DNA of 47,373 nucleotides from Chiloscyllium plagiosum. Lineage: Eukaryota. Where the stretch lies: the NCBI RefSeq assembly GCF_004010195.1, contig NC_057755.1:10734158-10781530 (forward strand), read 5' to 3'. Shown in pieces: positions 12,213 through 25,825 of the stretch; position 1 is the stretch's first letter, and each line of letters starts with the position of its first letter. The notes beneath the pieces were generated by a model, which did no database searches, was not told the DNA's origin, and saw nothing but the letters and a program-made list of their open reading frames with translations. The position numbers were made by a program, and so were the translations under genes.

Positions 12213-13299
12213 TTCTCTCTCCGCCAGAAACATACATAAGCAGTGTTCCCTCACAGCTCTTTAACACTAAGAGTTCAAAAGTCTCACAAGCCCCTGAGGA
12301 AGGAATTCCTCCTCATCTTAGTCTTATATTGACGCCCCTTAATCCACTTACCTGCATGGGTACAGCTCCAACAATACTCAAGAAGCTTGAAACCATCCAA
12401 GTTAGAGCAACCTGCTCGATCCTTACCACATCCACAAACATCCAACCCATCCACCCCTAACACTCAGCAGCAGCAGTGTTTAAAAGCTACAAGATACACT
12501 GCAGAAATTCACTGACTATCCTCACACAGCACCTTCCAAACCGATGATCACTTCCATACAGACAATGGCAGCAGATACGTGGGAACACTGCACCCTGCAC
12601 GTTCCCCTCCAAGTCACTCACCATCTAAACTGGGAAATGTATTGCTGTTCCTTCACTGTCAATGTGACAATATCCTGGAACTCCTTCCCGAAGGGCATTG
12701 TGGGGGAGTCTAGCAGCAAGTGGACAAGAAGCAGCAGGACCTCACCTTCAAGGGGCAACTATGGACGGGCTATCAATGCTGGCCTAGCTCCAATGGCTGC
12801 ATCTTCGCCCAAAGCAAATACACTGACCTGGTAATTTGTGCTCTTATAACTGACTAATAACAGTTGTGGATTTCGATTCCTTCTTTGTGGCACCCGGCAG
12901 ACTCAATCTGCCAACACACAACTGACTGTTCTCTGTTACTCCAGTTCAGATTTCCAATCAATTCTCATTCATAACAATGGAATGCATTCATTTTACACAC
13001 AAATAACTGTCCAGGGGCTGGTACCCTTGCAGCAAGTCACCCTTTATTTACAAGAACACAGTATAAGGGCTCCAACCAGCCAACTCAAAACCAGTGCCCA
13101 AAGTGAGGAGGCCCTTCTGTTTTGTTTTCTTTATTATCCTTTTCTATTTTGTTAATTCATCTCCTACATGAGCTCTGTACATAAGTAGTGCTGATACCTC
13201 CACCACAGCATTGGTGTACCTGTCACTGTGTGTGTTTTTGTGTGTGTACAGATGCAGTTAAAAAAAAGTTACCATTGTGCAAGAACTTTATGTTATAAT

Positions 13300-15590
13300 T
13301 CCACCACCAGGAAAAACACCCATGTGACCAGGAACCATTAACAAGCAAAGCCCATCAAGGGCGGGGCCTACGTGAGAAAAGAATGTGAAAGTGGAGGGTA
13401 AAGATGAAACAAAAAGCATTCTACCCCTGTAGTGACAACCCCTCCCTAAAGGCATCGAGAGCATTGGTGGACACCATATTCTCCCTCTCCAAGGACACCC
13501 AGCCTTGAATATCACTGCAGAAGAGGGACAGGCACTCGGCAGAGACAATCTCTGGTTTAGCTCAGCCGGCCATGGCTCCTTGATTAGCCCAGGTTAATAG
13601 TCTCAGTCAAGGATCTCATAGTCAATGTGATCCACCTGGCCCTTGTTCCAATGATGACATTAATCTCCCACCAATCTGCGAATGTACAGCTGCTCGTTCT
13701 CTGTGGCTTCTGCTTGGACGTTTTCACCCCAGCCCTGCTTCCTCTGACACTGACTAGGACCCGAGTGATGTGTCTTGGAACGTAACTAGTCTCTTGCTCC
13801 CGGAGCATCTCAGGAGAGTTTCCTCCTCTTCTTGGGGTGGTAATGGTATCGAAGCTGCATCCATCTCAGACTCATGAGTTTCCTTCAATGCTAGACAGAG
13901 GGGGACAACCCATGGTTTCTGACAGCCTTTCTGGCTGTTGTGAGGGGACAGACATGTTTTGCTCCTGCCCCTGTGGCTGGTATTGTGTTCCTGATGCTGT
14001 TTCATCCTCCACACACACACACACATACCCAGGTCTGGGAATATCAGGTTTAAGCCTGGTGTGGAATATTCTCCCCATCAGCAACTCTGCTGGAGCTATC
14101 CCTGCTGTTGTGTGAGGGGTGGTCCATTAATTAAACAAGACCTGGGACAGTTTAGTTTCAAGTGAAGCTGTTGGCTGTTCCTTTAAACCTGCCTTCAATG
14201 TTTGGACTGCTCTTCCTGCCAGACCATTGGACGGTGGATGTTAAGGAGGTGTCTGAACATGCTGAATTCCATTCGACTTGAGTAAATATTGGAAATTCCA
14301 GCTGGAAAATGACATCCTATTGTCCGTGACCAATACATCCGGGTGTCTGTGAATTGCAAACGATGCTCGCACCTTCCAATCATCATCACAGAGTTTGACA
14401 AATTATACATCTAAGCACTTTGGATAGCCATCCACAATAAACAAAAATATTGAGACTATGAAAATACCATTAAAATCCTCGTTTAACTGAGTCCAGGGTT
14501 TACCTTTGCTTGAGACAATTATTCTTGTGACTCATAATAAAATGCTGCCTTTTACAGTGAGAGATTAGGTATTTATCCAGCTATGAGAATCTATGCATGG
14601 CTTGTTTAAAATCCTACACCAGCAAATCGACCCATTGGGGCCTCATAACCAGTACAGCCAATGCAGTCCATTCTGCAAACTGTACTGAGTTGACAACTCC
14701 TTCCCTTTCCAGCCTCCTGATCTTGCCCTCAGTTTTTCCCAGTAAGGCAAATGACACTGTGCACTGCTTGCAGAATCACTGAATTGCTTCCCGGTTAACA
14801 TGCAAGGTGGACTTGCCTCCTTTGGTAATCCCTAGGCCTTCCTGAAAAACCTCTGGGTATTTCATTCGGACTTCAATCAAGAAGCCATTTTCTAATTGAG
14901 AAATGCTGAGCCAATCAAAGTGAATCTTTCTCAGCCAATTTTCCCCCATCAGCCTTGGGAATGAGTCTTCTACTACAATCAGTGGAAACTGAACCAGTTG
15001 CATCTCATATGAGATCAGAACAGAAGTTGTCCCCGTAATCTCTAAATACTCCCCCGTATAGATTCTCAGTCTAGCCGAGGTCTTACAAGAACTTCAACAT
15101 TGAAGTTGTAAGACTTCAGCTAAACTGAGAATCTATCCGGGGGAGTATTTAGAGATTAAGGGGACAACTTCAAAACAATCCTTATCAAAGTTCACTCAGA
15201 AGTTCAACATTGAAGTTCTGAGTGAACTTGGATAAGGATTGTTTCGACAATCACTGATACAGCTGTGCTGGTATCCATCTCCATGAGAACCAGGTGACCA
15301 TTTTACCAGATGTTTAATTTGATTGGTTCAGATTTGGATGTTGCTAAGCGGTTTCTCTGTTCCAAGCCGACTGTTGGTGGGCTTTCCAGGGTGTGCACTC
15401 TCCTGGATTCCAGCTTACCGGTTCTCTTACTCACTTCAGGTCGAGTGGGACTCTGCCACTGTCATAAGTCTGCAACCCGGCAGCAGTTACAATGGCTTGC
15501 TGGCTCCAATCCTGAAGAAAATCTTAACAGCTTGGACGAGGTTTGGCTTTGTTTTGGGGTTTTGGTATGAGCTGACCTGGAGTCCCTCTG
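13300..15590 (-). mobile_element. Decayed Ty3/Gypsy internal region (gag end, protease, RT start, integrase remnants)
   Basis: Minus-strand NGHLVLMEMDTSTAVSVI (aspartic protease D-T-G-like site) at ~15250-15305; PRLMGENWLRKIHFDW...KYPEVFQEGLG at 14776-15003. Confidence 0.7.
15023..15244. repeat. Two adjacent fold-back palindromes (15023-15171 and 15173-15244) sharing the same central motif TTCAACATTGAA
   Basis: 15023-15088 is the reverse complement of 15106-15171; 15173-15202 is the reverse complement of 15215-15244, each with few mismatches. Confidence 0.9.
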
Positions 15591-16190
15591 CTCAGTATAA
15601 GGGATTAATGAGAGGACAGCATTGGATGTTGTCTACATGGAATATTGCAAGGCTTTTGGCAAGGTCCCTCAAGGTACGCTCATCCAGAGGATTAAGATGC
15701 ATCGCAGCCACAGTGATATGGCCGTGTGGATTCAGAATAGGCTTTCCCTTAGAAGTGGAGGTATTGATGTTGGACCGGGCTTATTTTTAACACTTTCCCA
15801 TAGAAGGCAGAGTATAGTGTTGGAAGGGTGTTTTTCAAGTTGGAAGTCTGTGACTAGCTGTGTTTCGCAGGGATCCTCTGCTATTTGTAATAGATATTAA
15901 TGACGAGAATGAAAATGAAGATGGGTGGGTTAGTAAGTTTGCAGATAATACAAAGATCAGTGGAGTTGTAGATAGTGTAGAAGGATACAGCAGGCTATTG
16001 ATCAGTTGCAAATATGGGCAGAGAAATTGCAGGTGGAGTTTAATCCAGGTAAGTGTGAGATTCTGCACTTTGGAAGATGACATGATAAGGAAAAGTACAA
16101 AGTTAATGGCACGTACCTGAACAGCATTGATATACAGAGGGATTTTGGGGTTCACATCCATATCTCCTGGAAAGTGGCCATGCAAGTACA
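15590..16190 (+). mobile_element. CR1 RT fragment, interrupted by a younger CR1 and resuming at ~19783-19870
   Basis: DVVYMEYCKAFGKVP and SKFADNTKISGVVDS RT motifs. Confidence 0.8.
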
Positions 16191-19100
16191 TAGAACATTA
16201 CAGCGCAGTACAGGCCCTTTTGCCCTCAATGTTACGCCGACCTGTCATACCAATCTGAAGCCCATCTAACCCACACTATTCCATGTACGTCCATATGCTT
16301 GTCCAATGATGACTTAAATGTACTTAAAGTTGGCGAATCTACGACCATTGCAGGCAAAGCATTCCATACCCTTACTACTCTCTGAGTAAAGAAACTACCT
16401 CTGACATCTGTCCTATATCTAACACCCCTCAATTTAAAGCTATGCCCCCCTTGCTCGCCGTCACCATACTTGGAAAAAGGCTCTCTCTGTCCACCCTATC
16501 TAACCCTCTGATTATGTTATATGTCTCTATTAAGTCACCTCTCAACCTTCTTCTCTCGAACAAAAACAGCCTCAAGTCCCTTAGCCTTTCCTCGTAAGAC
16601 CTTCCCTCCACACCAGGCAACATCCTAGTAAATCTCCTCTGCACCCTTTCCAAAGCTTCCACATCCTTCTTATAATGCGGTGACCAGAACTGTACACAAT
16701 ACTCCAAGTGAGGCCGCACCAGAGTTTTATACAGCTGTAGCATTATCTCATGGTTCCAGAAACTCGATCCCCCTATTAATAAAAGCTAAAACACTGTATG
16801 CCTTCTTAACAACCCTGTCAACCTGGGTGGCAACTTTCAAGGATCTGTGTACCTGGACAGAGAGATCTCTCTGCTCATCTACACTACCAAGAATCTTACC
16901 ATTAGCCCAGTACTTTGCATTCCGGTTACTCCAACCAAAGTGAATCACCTCATACTTGTCCGCATTAAACTCCATTTGCCACCTCTCAGCCCAGCTCTGC
17001 AGCTTATCTATATCTCTCTGTAACCTACAACATCCTTCATCACTATCCACAACTCCACCGACCTTAGTGTCATCTGCAAATTTATAACCCACCCTTCTAT
17101 GCCCTCATCCAGGTCATTTATAAAAATGACGAACAGCAGTGGACAACATCAACCCTTGCGGTACACCACTAGTAACTGGACTCCAGGATGAACATTTCTC
17201 ATCAACCACCACCCTCTGCTTTTTTCAGCAAGCCAATTACTGATCCAAACTGCTATATCAACCACAATCCCATTCTTCCGCATTTTGTGCAATGGCCTAC
17301 TGTGGGAAACCTTATCGAATGCCTTCTTGAAATCCATATACACCACATCAATTGGTTTACTCTCATCTACCTGTTTGGTCACCTTCTCAAAGAACTCAAT
17401 AAGGTTTGTGAGGCATGACCTACCCTTCACAAAACCGTGCTGACTATCCCTAATCAAATTATTCTTTTCTGGATGATTATAAATCTTATCTCTTATAACC
17501 TTTCCCAACACTTTCCCAACAACTGAAGTAAGGCTCACTGATCTATAATTACCATGGTTGTCTCTACTCCCCTTCTTGAACAGGGGAACCACATTTGCTA
17601 TCCTCCAGTCTTCTGGCACGATTCCTGTAGACAATGGTGATTTAATGATCAATGTCAAAGGCTCAGCAATCTCCTCCCTGGCTTCCCAGAGGATCCTAGG
17701 ATAAATTCGTTCTGACCCAGGGAACATATCTATTTTCAGTACCTCTTCCTTGTGAACCTCAATCCCACCTAGTCTAGTAGCCTGTATCTCAGTATTCTCC
17801 TCGACAACATTGTCATTTTCTAGAGTGAATACTGTCGAAAAATATTCATTAAGTGCTTCCTCTATCTCCTCTGACTCCACACACAACTTCCCACTACTAT
17901 CCTTGATTGGCCCTAATCTTACTCTCATCATTTTTTTATTCCTTAAATACCTATAGAAAGCCTTAGGGTTTACCCTGATCCTATCCGCCAACAACTTCTC
18001 ATGTCTCCTCCTGTCTCTTCTGAGCTCTCTCTTTAGGTCTTTCCTAGCTACCTTGTAACCCTCAAGCACCATAACTGAGCCTTCACATCTCATCCGAACA
18101 TAAGCCTTCTTCTGCCTCTTGACCAGAGATTCCACTTCCTTCGTAAACCACAGCTCCTGCGCTCTACAGCTTCCTCCCTGCCTGACAGGTAGATACTTAT
18201 CTCGGACACATAAGAGCTTTTCCTTGAATAAGCTCCACATTTCTAATGTGCCCATCCCCTACAGTTTCCTTCCCCATCCTATGCTTCCTAAATCTTGCCT
18301 AATCGCATCGTAATTGCCTTTCCCCCCAGCTGTAACTCTTGGCCAGTGGTATACACCTATCCCTTTCTATCACTAANNNNNNNNNNNNNNNNNNNNNNNN
18401 NNNNNNNNNNNNNNNNNNNNNNNNNNNNNNNNNNNNNNNNNNNNNNNNNNNNNNNNNNNNNNNNNNNNNNNNNNNNNNNNNNNNNNNNNNNNNNNNNNNN
18501 NNNNNNNNNNNNNNNNNNNNNNNNNNNNNNNNNNNNNNNNNNNNNNNNNNNNNNNNNNNNNNNNNNNNNNNNNNNNNNNNNNNNNNNNNNNNNNNNNNNN
18601 NNNNNNNNNNNNNNNNNNNNNNNNNNNNNNNNNNNNNNNNNNNNNNNNNNNNNNNNNNNNNNNNNNNNNNNNNNNNNNNNNNNNNNNNNNNNNNNNNNNN
18701 NNNNNNNNNNNNNNNNNNNNNNNNNNNNNNNNNNNNNNNNNNNNNNNNNNNNNNNNNNNNNNNNNNNNNNNNNNNNNNNNNNNNNNNNNNNNNNNNNNNN
18801 NNNNNNNNNNNNNNNNNNNNNNNNNNNNNNNNNNNNNNNNNNNNNNNNNNNNNNNNNNNNNNNNNNNNNNNNNNNNNNNNNNNNNNNNNNNNNNNNNNNN
18901 NNNNNNNNNNNNNNNNNNNNNNNNNNNNNNNNNNNNNNNNNNNNNNNNNNNNNNNNNNNNNNNNNNNNNNNNNNNNNNNNNNNNNNNNNNNNNNNNNNNN
19001 NNNNNNNNNNNNNNNNNNNNNNNNNNNNNNNNNNNNNNNNNNNNNNNNNNNNNNNNNNNNNNNNNNNNNNNNNNNNNNNNNNNNNNNNNNNNNNNNNNNN

Positions 19101-19780
19101 NNNNNNNNNNNNNNNNNNNNNNNNNNNNNNNNNNNNNNNNNNNNNNNNNNNNCCCCCCCCCCAACAGTATCCAAAATGGTATACTTATTGTTGAAGGGGC
19201 CACAGGGGATCCCTGCACAGCCTGCCGGTTCCCTTTCCGTCCCCTGACTGTAACCTATTTGCCTTTTGTCTTGTACCTGAGGAGTAACTACCTCCCTGTA
19301 ACTCCTCTCAATAACTCCCGCTGCCTCCCGAATGATCCGAAGTTCATCCAGCTCCAGCTCCCCCCCCCAACAGTATCCAAAATGGTATACTTATTGTTGA
19401 AGGGGCCACAGGGGATCCCTGCACAGCCTGCCGGTTCCCTTTCCGTCCCCTGACTGTAACCTATTTGCCTTTTGTCTTGTACCTGAGGAGTAACTACCTC
19501 CCTGTAACTCCTCTCAATAACTCCCGCTGCCTCCCGAATGATCCGAAGTTCATCCAGCTCCAGCTCCAGTTCCCTAACGCAGTTTTCGAAGAGTTGGAGT
19601 TGGGTGCACTTCCTGCAGATGTAGTCAGCAGGGACACTAGTGGTGACCCTTACCTCCCACATTCTGCAGGAGGAACACTCAACTGCCCTAACCTCCATTC
19701 CCACTATTCCAAATTCCCAAAGAGACTGTTGCAAAAATAAGGAATAAAAAATAAACTCGTTACCTTACCAATCTGTTTGT
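16189..19780 (-). mobile_element. Near full-length CR1 LINE (ORF1 zinc finger/leucine zipper, ORF2 RT), degenerate, with central gap
   Basis: ORF1 AVECSSCRMWEV...YICRKC...VRELELELDEL (19288-19734); ORF2 [58 protein letters not shown] in successive frames; 3' tail TTCTATG at ~16189. Confidence 0.93.
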
Positions 19781-19879
19781 AGTAGATATGTTTGTAATGA
19801 AGGCAGATGGCGTGCTTGCTTTTATTGGTCAGAGAATTGAGTACAAGAGTCAGAATATTATGATATAGGGTTCTCGGGT

Positions 19880-20530
19880 CATTGAGTCATACAGCACCGA
19901 GGCAGGCCCTTCAGCACAAACTGTTCCATGCCAATCAAAATGTCCATTCACGTTAATCTCATTTCCCTGAAGTTGGTCCGCATCCTTCTAAGATTTTCAG
20001 ATCCATATGTTTGACCAAATGCCTTTTAAATGCTGTTAGTGTACCCGCCTCACCTCTTCCACTGGCAGCTCATTTCATATACATACTAACCACTGTGTAA
20101 CCGAAGTTTCTCCTCAAGATCTCTTATTATTTCCCCTCTAAACTTAAACTGGTGCCCTCTAGTCCTCGATTCCCCAACCCTGGGAAAAATACTGAGTGCA
20201 TTCACCCTGTCCATGCCTCTCATGATCTTGTTCACTTTGATAAAATTTTATATGTTACAGCTTTACAAACATTTCATTAGGTCACGCTTAAGAGTATTGT
20301 ATTCAATTCTGGCCGCCACTTTTAATGAAACATGTGGAGGCTTTGGAAGGATGCAGAAGAGGTTTACCAGGATGCTGCCTGGATTAAAGGGTATGAGCTA
20401 TAAGGAGAGTTTAGAAAAACTCAGGGTTTTTTTTGGATATGTGAGGAAGAGAGGAATATCGACCAAGGGCAGGTGGAAGGAATTAATTAGGTCTGTCGTC
20501 ATGTTTGGTGTCACATTGTGGGCTGAAGGG
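19880..20530. mobile_element. Two CR1 3' fragments in opposite orientation (19880-20240 minus; 20250-20530 plus)
   Basis: Characteristic 3' UTR/ORF2-end sequence; MQKRFTRMLPGLKGMSYKE. Confidence 0.7.
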
Positions 20531-20535
20531 CCCAT

Positions 20536-20850
20536 GGGCGGTATTGTGGCTCAGTGGTTAGCACTGCTGCCTCACCGCGCCAGGGACCCAGGTTCAATTC
20601 CCACCTCAGTCAACTGTCTGTGTGGAGTTTGCACATTTCTCCCCGTGTCTGCATGGTTTTCCTTCGGGTGCTCCAGTTTCCTCCCACGGTCCAAAAATGT
20701 GCAGGTTAGGTGAATGCTAAATTACCCGTAATGTTAGGTGAAGGGGTAAATGTAGAGGAATGGTCTGGGTGGATTGCTCTTCGGAGGGTTGGTGTGGACT
20801 TGTTGGGCCGAAGGGCCTGTTTCCACACTGTAAGTAATCTAATTATCTAA
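20536..20850 (+). mobile_element. HE1/V-SINE-type SINE
   Basis: Head GGGCGGTATTGTGGCTCAGTGGTTAGCAC, B box GGTTCAATTCC, tail TAATCTAAT. Confidence 0.88.
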
Positions 20851-21104
20851 TTTTTCCTGTACTGTACAGTTCTATGTTCAGTGTCCAGAATGAGGCTGTG
20901 CATTTGTCTTCACTGAAGTGGTATCCTCCAAGCTCGGCAGCCTGCTGAGTGTCTTCACTTCCATCGTCCTACCCTTAACTGAAACTCCACTTGCTGCATT
21001 TCCTGGTAACAAAGCCTGATTGACATCTAGTTTGCGCTTCAGTTCGCATGTGCTTTTGCCTGCTTACATCATTAATCTCATTCTTGCCACCTATGGGATA
21101 ACTC

Positions 21105-21295
21105 CTCGAAGGCTGGTACCCTGTCACCAACTACCCCTTTATTTACAAGGATATAGTACGTGACATTGACCCAGTTAGATCAGAGCCAATACCTGGAGTG
21201 AGCAGAACCCCCAACACTCTTGTTTATATCTGTCAGCCAGGTCTCCCTGATCGGAACAGGTTAACAGTCCCAATCAGGGAACTCAATCACGACAC
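21105..21295. mobile_element. Probable solo-LTR fragment, related to 13007-13120 and 43503-43615
   Basis: Shared GGCTGGTACCCT..CACC..CCCTTTATTTACAAG motif at three sites. Confidence 0.45.
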
Positions 21296-24200
21296 TACTC
21301 ACATCCCCGTTGGTATTCTAATCCCTCACCAGTTGGCACCCTACATATCTGGCACTTTGGCACCTAACCACCTGGTACCTGATTATCCTGGTGCCCTATA
21401 TCATGACCCACATGGCACCTTGATGTTATAGCACTGTCGAATCACACTTGTTTTATGCATTATAAGAACAGTTCGAGCCAGGAAAGGTTTGTCAGGATGG
21501 AAGTACGGTTCCACACTCCTGAGGGTAACATGGAACGGAGCCTCCTCTAAAAAATGCAGAGCTCTCTTCTCTCATGAGAAGGAAATGGGCTCGAGAGCAA
21601 TCCTACACACTGGAAAACCCGTCTCAGTGTTTTGTTGGTAAAAGGCGGTAATGAAGGAAAAACTACATCTCACAGAATAACTTTATTAAAAAGTGTAGCG
21701 CATTGTTCTGTCTTTTGAAAATACTTCAAAATTATTCTTTTAACTTTATTTCCTTATATTTTTTAACGCTAAGACAGACGGTAATATTTAACTTTTAAAT
21801 TTGTTGCTTAATTTTTCCACTTTGTACCTATGATTTTATACCAAGGTACCTTTGTAGATAGGATGGTGCCATTGTACAGTTTTCACTGTACTCATGCAAT
21901 ACTGTACTTGAGTACACATGACAATAAAATTTAATTCCAATTAGCAAGAAATTAGCTACATTTTATTCTTAAAAATAGATTCCACTGCATAATAACCCTC
22001 AGAGGAAAGTGGTTATTTTGCTGCTTGTTCAGATTACTGCAACTAATGTAATTAGTGATTCAACCAGATTTATTGTCTCACTGGACATTTAGCTTCCAAA
22101 TAAAATGAGACTGTGTTGACAATGTTAATGTATTTTGGTGGTCATTGACTCCATAGGAACAGACAGCCCTGACTGGGACAGAATGAAATACTCAGCAATC
22201 TTACAGCTAGCACGTATTTACTACCCAATACTTGCAGCTGTTGGCATTATTAATAAGTTGTCAAATCCAGTTATGTTTAAGTAAATGCAAATTAACTCAA
22301 CTCCCTCATTCTTTATTGAAATCTGACATACTTTCCCTGGCTTTGGTTATGTCCAATCTATGTGTTCGTGTTGGTTTCACAAGTAGTTCAGTTTTATTGT
22401 TACCTCCTTCCATCTGCTGAAGCAGGTTGATTTATCAATGTTTTACAGATAATTTAGTTCCAATGCCGAGCAGGCTGAGTCAGCATTTATTCCCCATCCA
22501 GAGTTACACTACAGAAGGTGGTGGTGAGCTGCCTTCTCAAACCGCTGCAGACCATTTGGTGTAAGAGCACCCGCATAGTCATAGAGCCCAGAAACAGACC
22601 CTTTGGCCCACTCATCCATGCTGACCAGGTTTCCTAAACTGAACTAGTCCCATTTCCCTCTATTTGACCCATATCCCCCTGAACCTTTCCTCTCCTTGGA
22701 GCTGTCCAAATGTCTTCAACTGATCCAGCAACACTGAAGGAACGGTGAAGTGTTTCCAAGCCAGGAAGGTGAGTGTCTTGACGGGAACTCGCAAGTGGTG
22801 TCATTCCTATCCATCTGCTGCTCCTAGTCAGTAGTGGCTGCGAGGGTGAGAGGGAACTGTCTGAGAAACCTTGGTGAGCTGCTGAAATATGTCTTGTATA
22901 TGGTACACCCTGCTGTTACTGAGTGACAGTGGGGGAGCGGAACAGACTGAAGGGTTGTGGATGTGGTGACAATCAAGTGGGCTGATAAATCTCAGAATGA
23001 AGGTAAACCACTGCGCATGCTGGATATCTGCAATAAACAACGAAAATGTTGTATGAACTCAGCAAATCTGGCAGTTTCTGTGGAGAAAGAAAATAAATTT
23101 AAAGGTTTTGAGTCTGATGTGACTTTTCTTCAAAACTTGCCATGATCCTGGATTATATTGAGCTTCTTGAATGTCGTTGGAGGTGCACCCATCCAGGCAA
23201 GTTGGGAGTATTCCCGCACACTTCTGACTTGGGCCTTGGGGATGATGGGACAGGCTTCATAGGGCCTGGAGGTGAGTTTTTCGCAACAGGATTCCTAGCC
23301 TCTGACCTGTTATTGCAGCAACAATACTTTTACGGCTGAGCCAGGGCTGGTTTGGGTCAATGATAACCCCCAGCATGTGGATAGTGGTGGATTCAGTGAT
23401 GACATTGTCATTGGATATCAAAGGGTGTTGTTCAGAATCTCTTTTGCTGATGATGGTAATTGCCTGATAAGTGTGGATCAAGTGTTATTTACTCCTTGTC
23501 AAAAAGATCATAAGAACGTAAGAGATAGCAGCAGAATTAAGCCATTCACGGCAATGATTCAGTTCCGAAATTTGATCATTACTGATCAGTGTCCAAATAT
23601 TATGAAGATGTAGGTGTGCACTGTACCATTAAGAGATACTGGAAGCTAGTACAGACTTAGAGAGGCACATAGTGTGCTGAAATATTCAAAAATGTAACAT
23701 TTGGTTGAAACAAATATCTGCAGCTGTGTTACTATGGTACAAAACAAATTCAAATTCGGCCAATCAGTTTAAATTATGCCCCAGATACCAAACTCCAATC
23801 GAATTTGAATTTTACTGTGTGAGATGACATCAAAGCGATGAAATGATCCAATATTTTGGGTACAAAACTGGACATTTTGAACAGTTCAGGGGAGAACAGC
23901 AAAGAGCTGCCAAGCACCAACATAACCAGCAGAATAGCTCTCTGAAAGGAACCTTACCATAAGAAATTTGTACAGCAGAAGACCAAAGCCGACCTAGAGA
24001 AATCTGCAGAAAAAAAGTTCGACATCTGAAGACAACAACTGGCTTTGAAATTGATTTGCCATAAATTTACGAGGGAATTTATTGCATTGTAGAGTGTAAG
24101 GTAGAAATAAGTTTCAGAGAAAACCGCTATAAATATTTATTATTTAAAGTTCTGTTTTGTACCTAAAGAATAAAATTGTTAATTTGTAAAAATAGTGATA

Positions 24201-25062
24201 TTTGTGATAGTTCTTTGCCCTTCGAAATTTAGCAGATTACGGTATGAGGTGAGCTTTTCTGTGTGTCGGTTTAAATTAGCAGAGAGTTTTACCCCATGTC
24301 GTAACATTTTGGGGACTCCTCACTGGATATTTAACAGTTTGAGTCTCACATTTGTAATTTGGACAGGGTAAGGCAGATCCAGTCTGAGGTTTGGACAAAT
24401 TTGAGTAGATTTGTTTCCATGAAAAGCCCAGCAGATTGAAACACTTGCAGGTTACTGTCCTAGATCTTTAAACAAAACGTAGGTGAGACAATTTGTTTAA
24501 TATCAGTGACTTGTGGTTGGGAAAATTAAAAGTAAGAGAATTGGCTCCTTAAATTGTGAAAGAGGTTCTGGGGTTTGAAGAGGATTCCAAAATTTGCCAA
24601 GCAAGTATAGAAACAAAAGAAAAGACTAAACTCTGGAATTTGGTTTAACCAACGAGGAAAGTAAAGTGGGAATTTTCAGGTAAGCACTCAAACACTTAGG
24701 TGTGTCAGATAAACAGACAAGTGCAGTAAAGTTAGAAAAACTTAAATTGCAATTAAGGAAAATTGAGTGAGAAGATAAACAGAGAGAGAGAGAGGAGAGA
24801 AGAGAGAGAGAGAGGAGAGAAGAGAGAGACAGCACAAAAAAAAGGTTCTTAGTTGAGCAAAGACAGAGAGAAGAAAGGCAGGGTGAAAGAGAGAAGAGAG
24901 AAATAGAAAACAAAAAGAAAGAATGTTCTTAACTGAGCAAAAAGAGACATAATTTGAACTTGAGAAGTTGTGACTTTGTCATCAAAGTTAAGTTAACAGG
25001 ATAGAGATTAAAAGAGAAGGTAGTGATAGATACAAATATGGCAAATCTCTGCCATACAGTCT

Positions 25063-25825
25063 GAGAGTCATAGAGATGTACAGAACGGAAACAGACCGTT
25101 CAGTACAACTTCGCCATGCCGACCAGTTATCCCAACCCAATCCAGTCCCACCTGCCAGCACCCGGCCCATATCCCTCCAAACCCTTCCTAATCATGGACC
25201 CATTCAGATGCCTTTTAAATGTTGCAATTGTACCAGCCTCCATCACATCCTCTGGCAGCTCATTCCATACATGTACCACCCTCTGCGTGAAAAGATTGCC
25301 CCTTAGGTCTCTTTTATATCTTTCCCCTCTCACCCTAAACCTATGCCCTCTAGTTCTGGACACCCCGACCCCAGGGAAAAGACTTTGTCTATTTATCCTA
25401 TCCATGTCCCTCATATTTTTGTAAATTTCTATAAGGTCACCCCTCAGCCTCCGACGCTCCAGGGAAAACAGCCCCAGCCTGTTCAGTTTCTCCCTGTAGC
25501 TCAGATCCTCCAACCCTGGCAACATCCTTGTAAATCTTTTCTGAACCCTTTCAAGTTTCACAACATCTTTCCAATAGGAAGGATACCAGAACTGCACGCA
25601 ATATTTCAACAGTGGCCTAACCAATATCCTATACAGACGCAACATGACCTCCCAACTGCTGTACTCAATACTCTGACCAATAAAGGAAAGCATTCCAAAC
25701 ACCTTCTTCACTATCCTATCTACCTGCGACTCTACTTTCAAGGAGCTATGAACCTGCACTCCAAGGCCCTGTTCAGCAACAATCCCTAGGACCTTACCAT
25801 TAAGTGTATACGTCCTGCTAAGATT
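25063..25825 (-). mobile_element. CR1 3' fragment inside the Gypsy element
   Basis: ORF 25127-25849 is the CR1 ORF2 C-terminus (RPLLKYCVQFW, RGDLIEIYK, TRGHRFRVRGE). Confidence 0.92.

Larger units (their letters stand above)
11295..13250. repeat. Segmental duplication copy A (direct paralogue of 41300-43740)
   Basis: Colinear similarity from GCCTTGCATT(T/C)TGTTTTGTT through CCTACATGA..., including non-repeat DNA. Confidence 0.85.

Noticed and set aside
8126..19247. Long ORFs at 8126-8924 and 18295-19247 (also 40077-40521)
   Set aside because: Their length comes from N-runs translated as X.
19153..19565. Exact ~207-bp tandem duplication in CR1 ORF1
   Set aside because: The copies appear identical, abut an N-gap and start at a poly-C run; most likely a gap-filling artefact.
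24626..24913. Ser/Leu-rich ORF or (GA)n microsatellite
   Set aside because: It is the antisense of the Glu/Arg-rich gag coiled coil of the Gypsy element.
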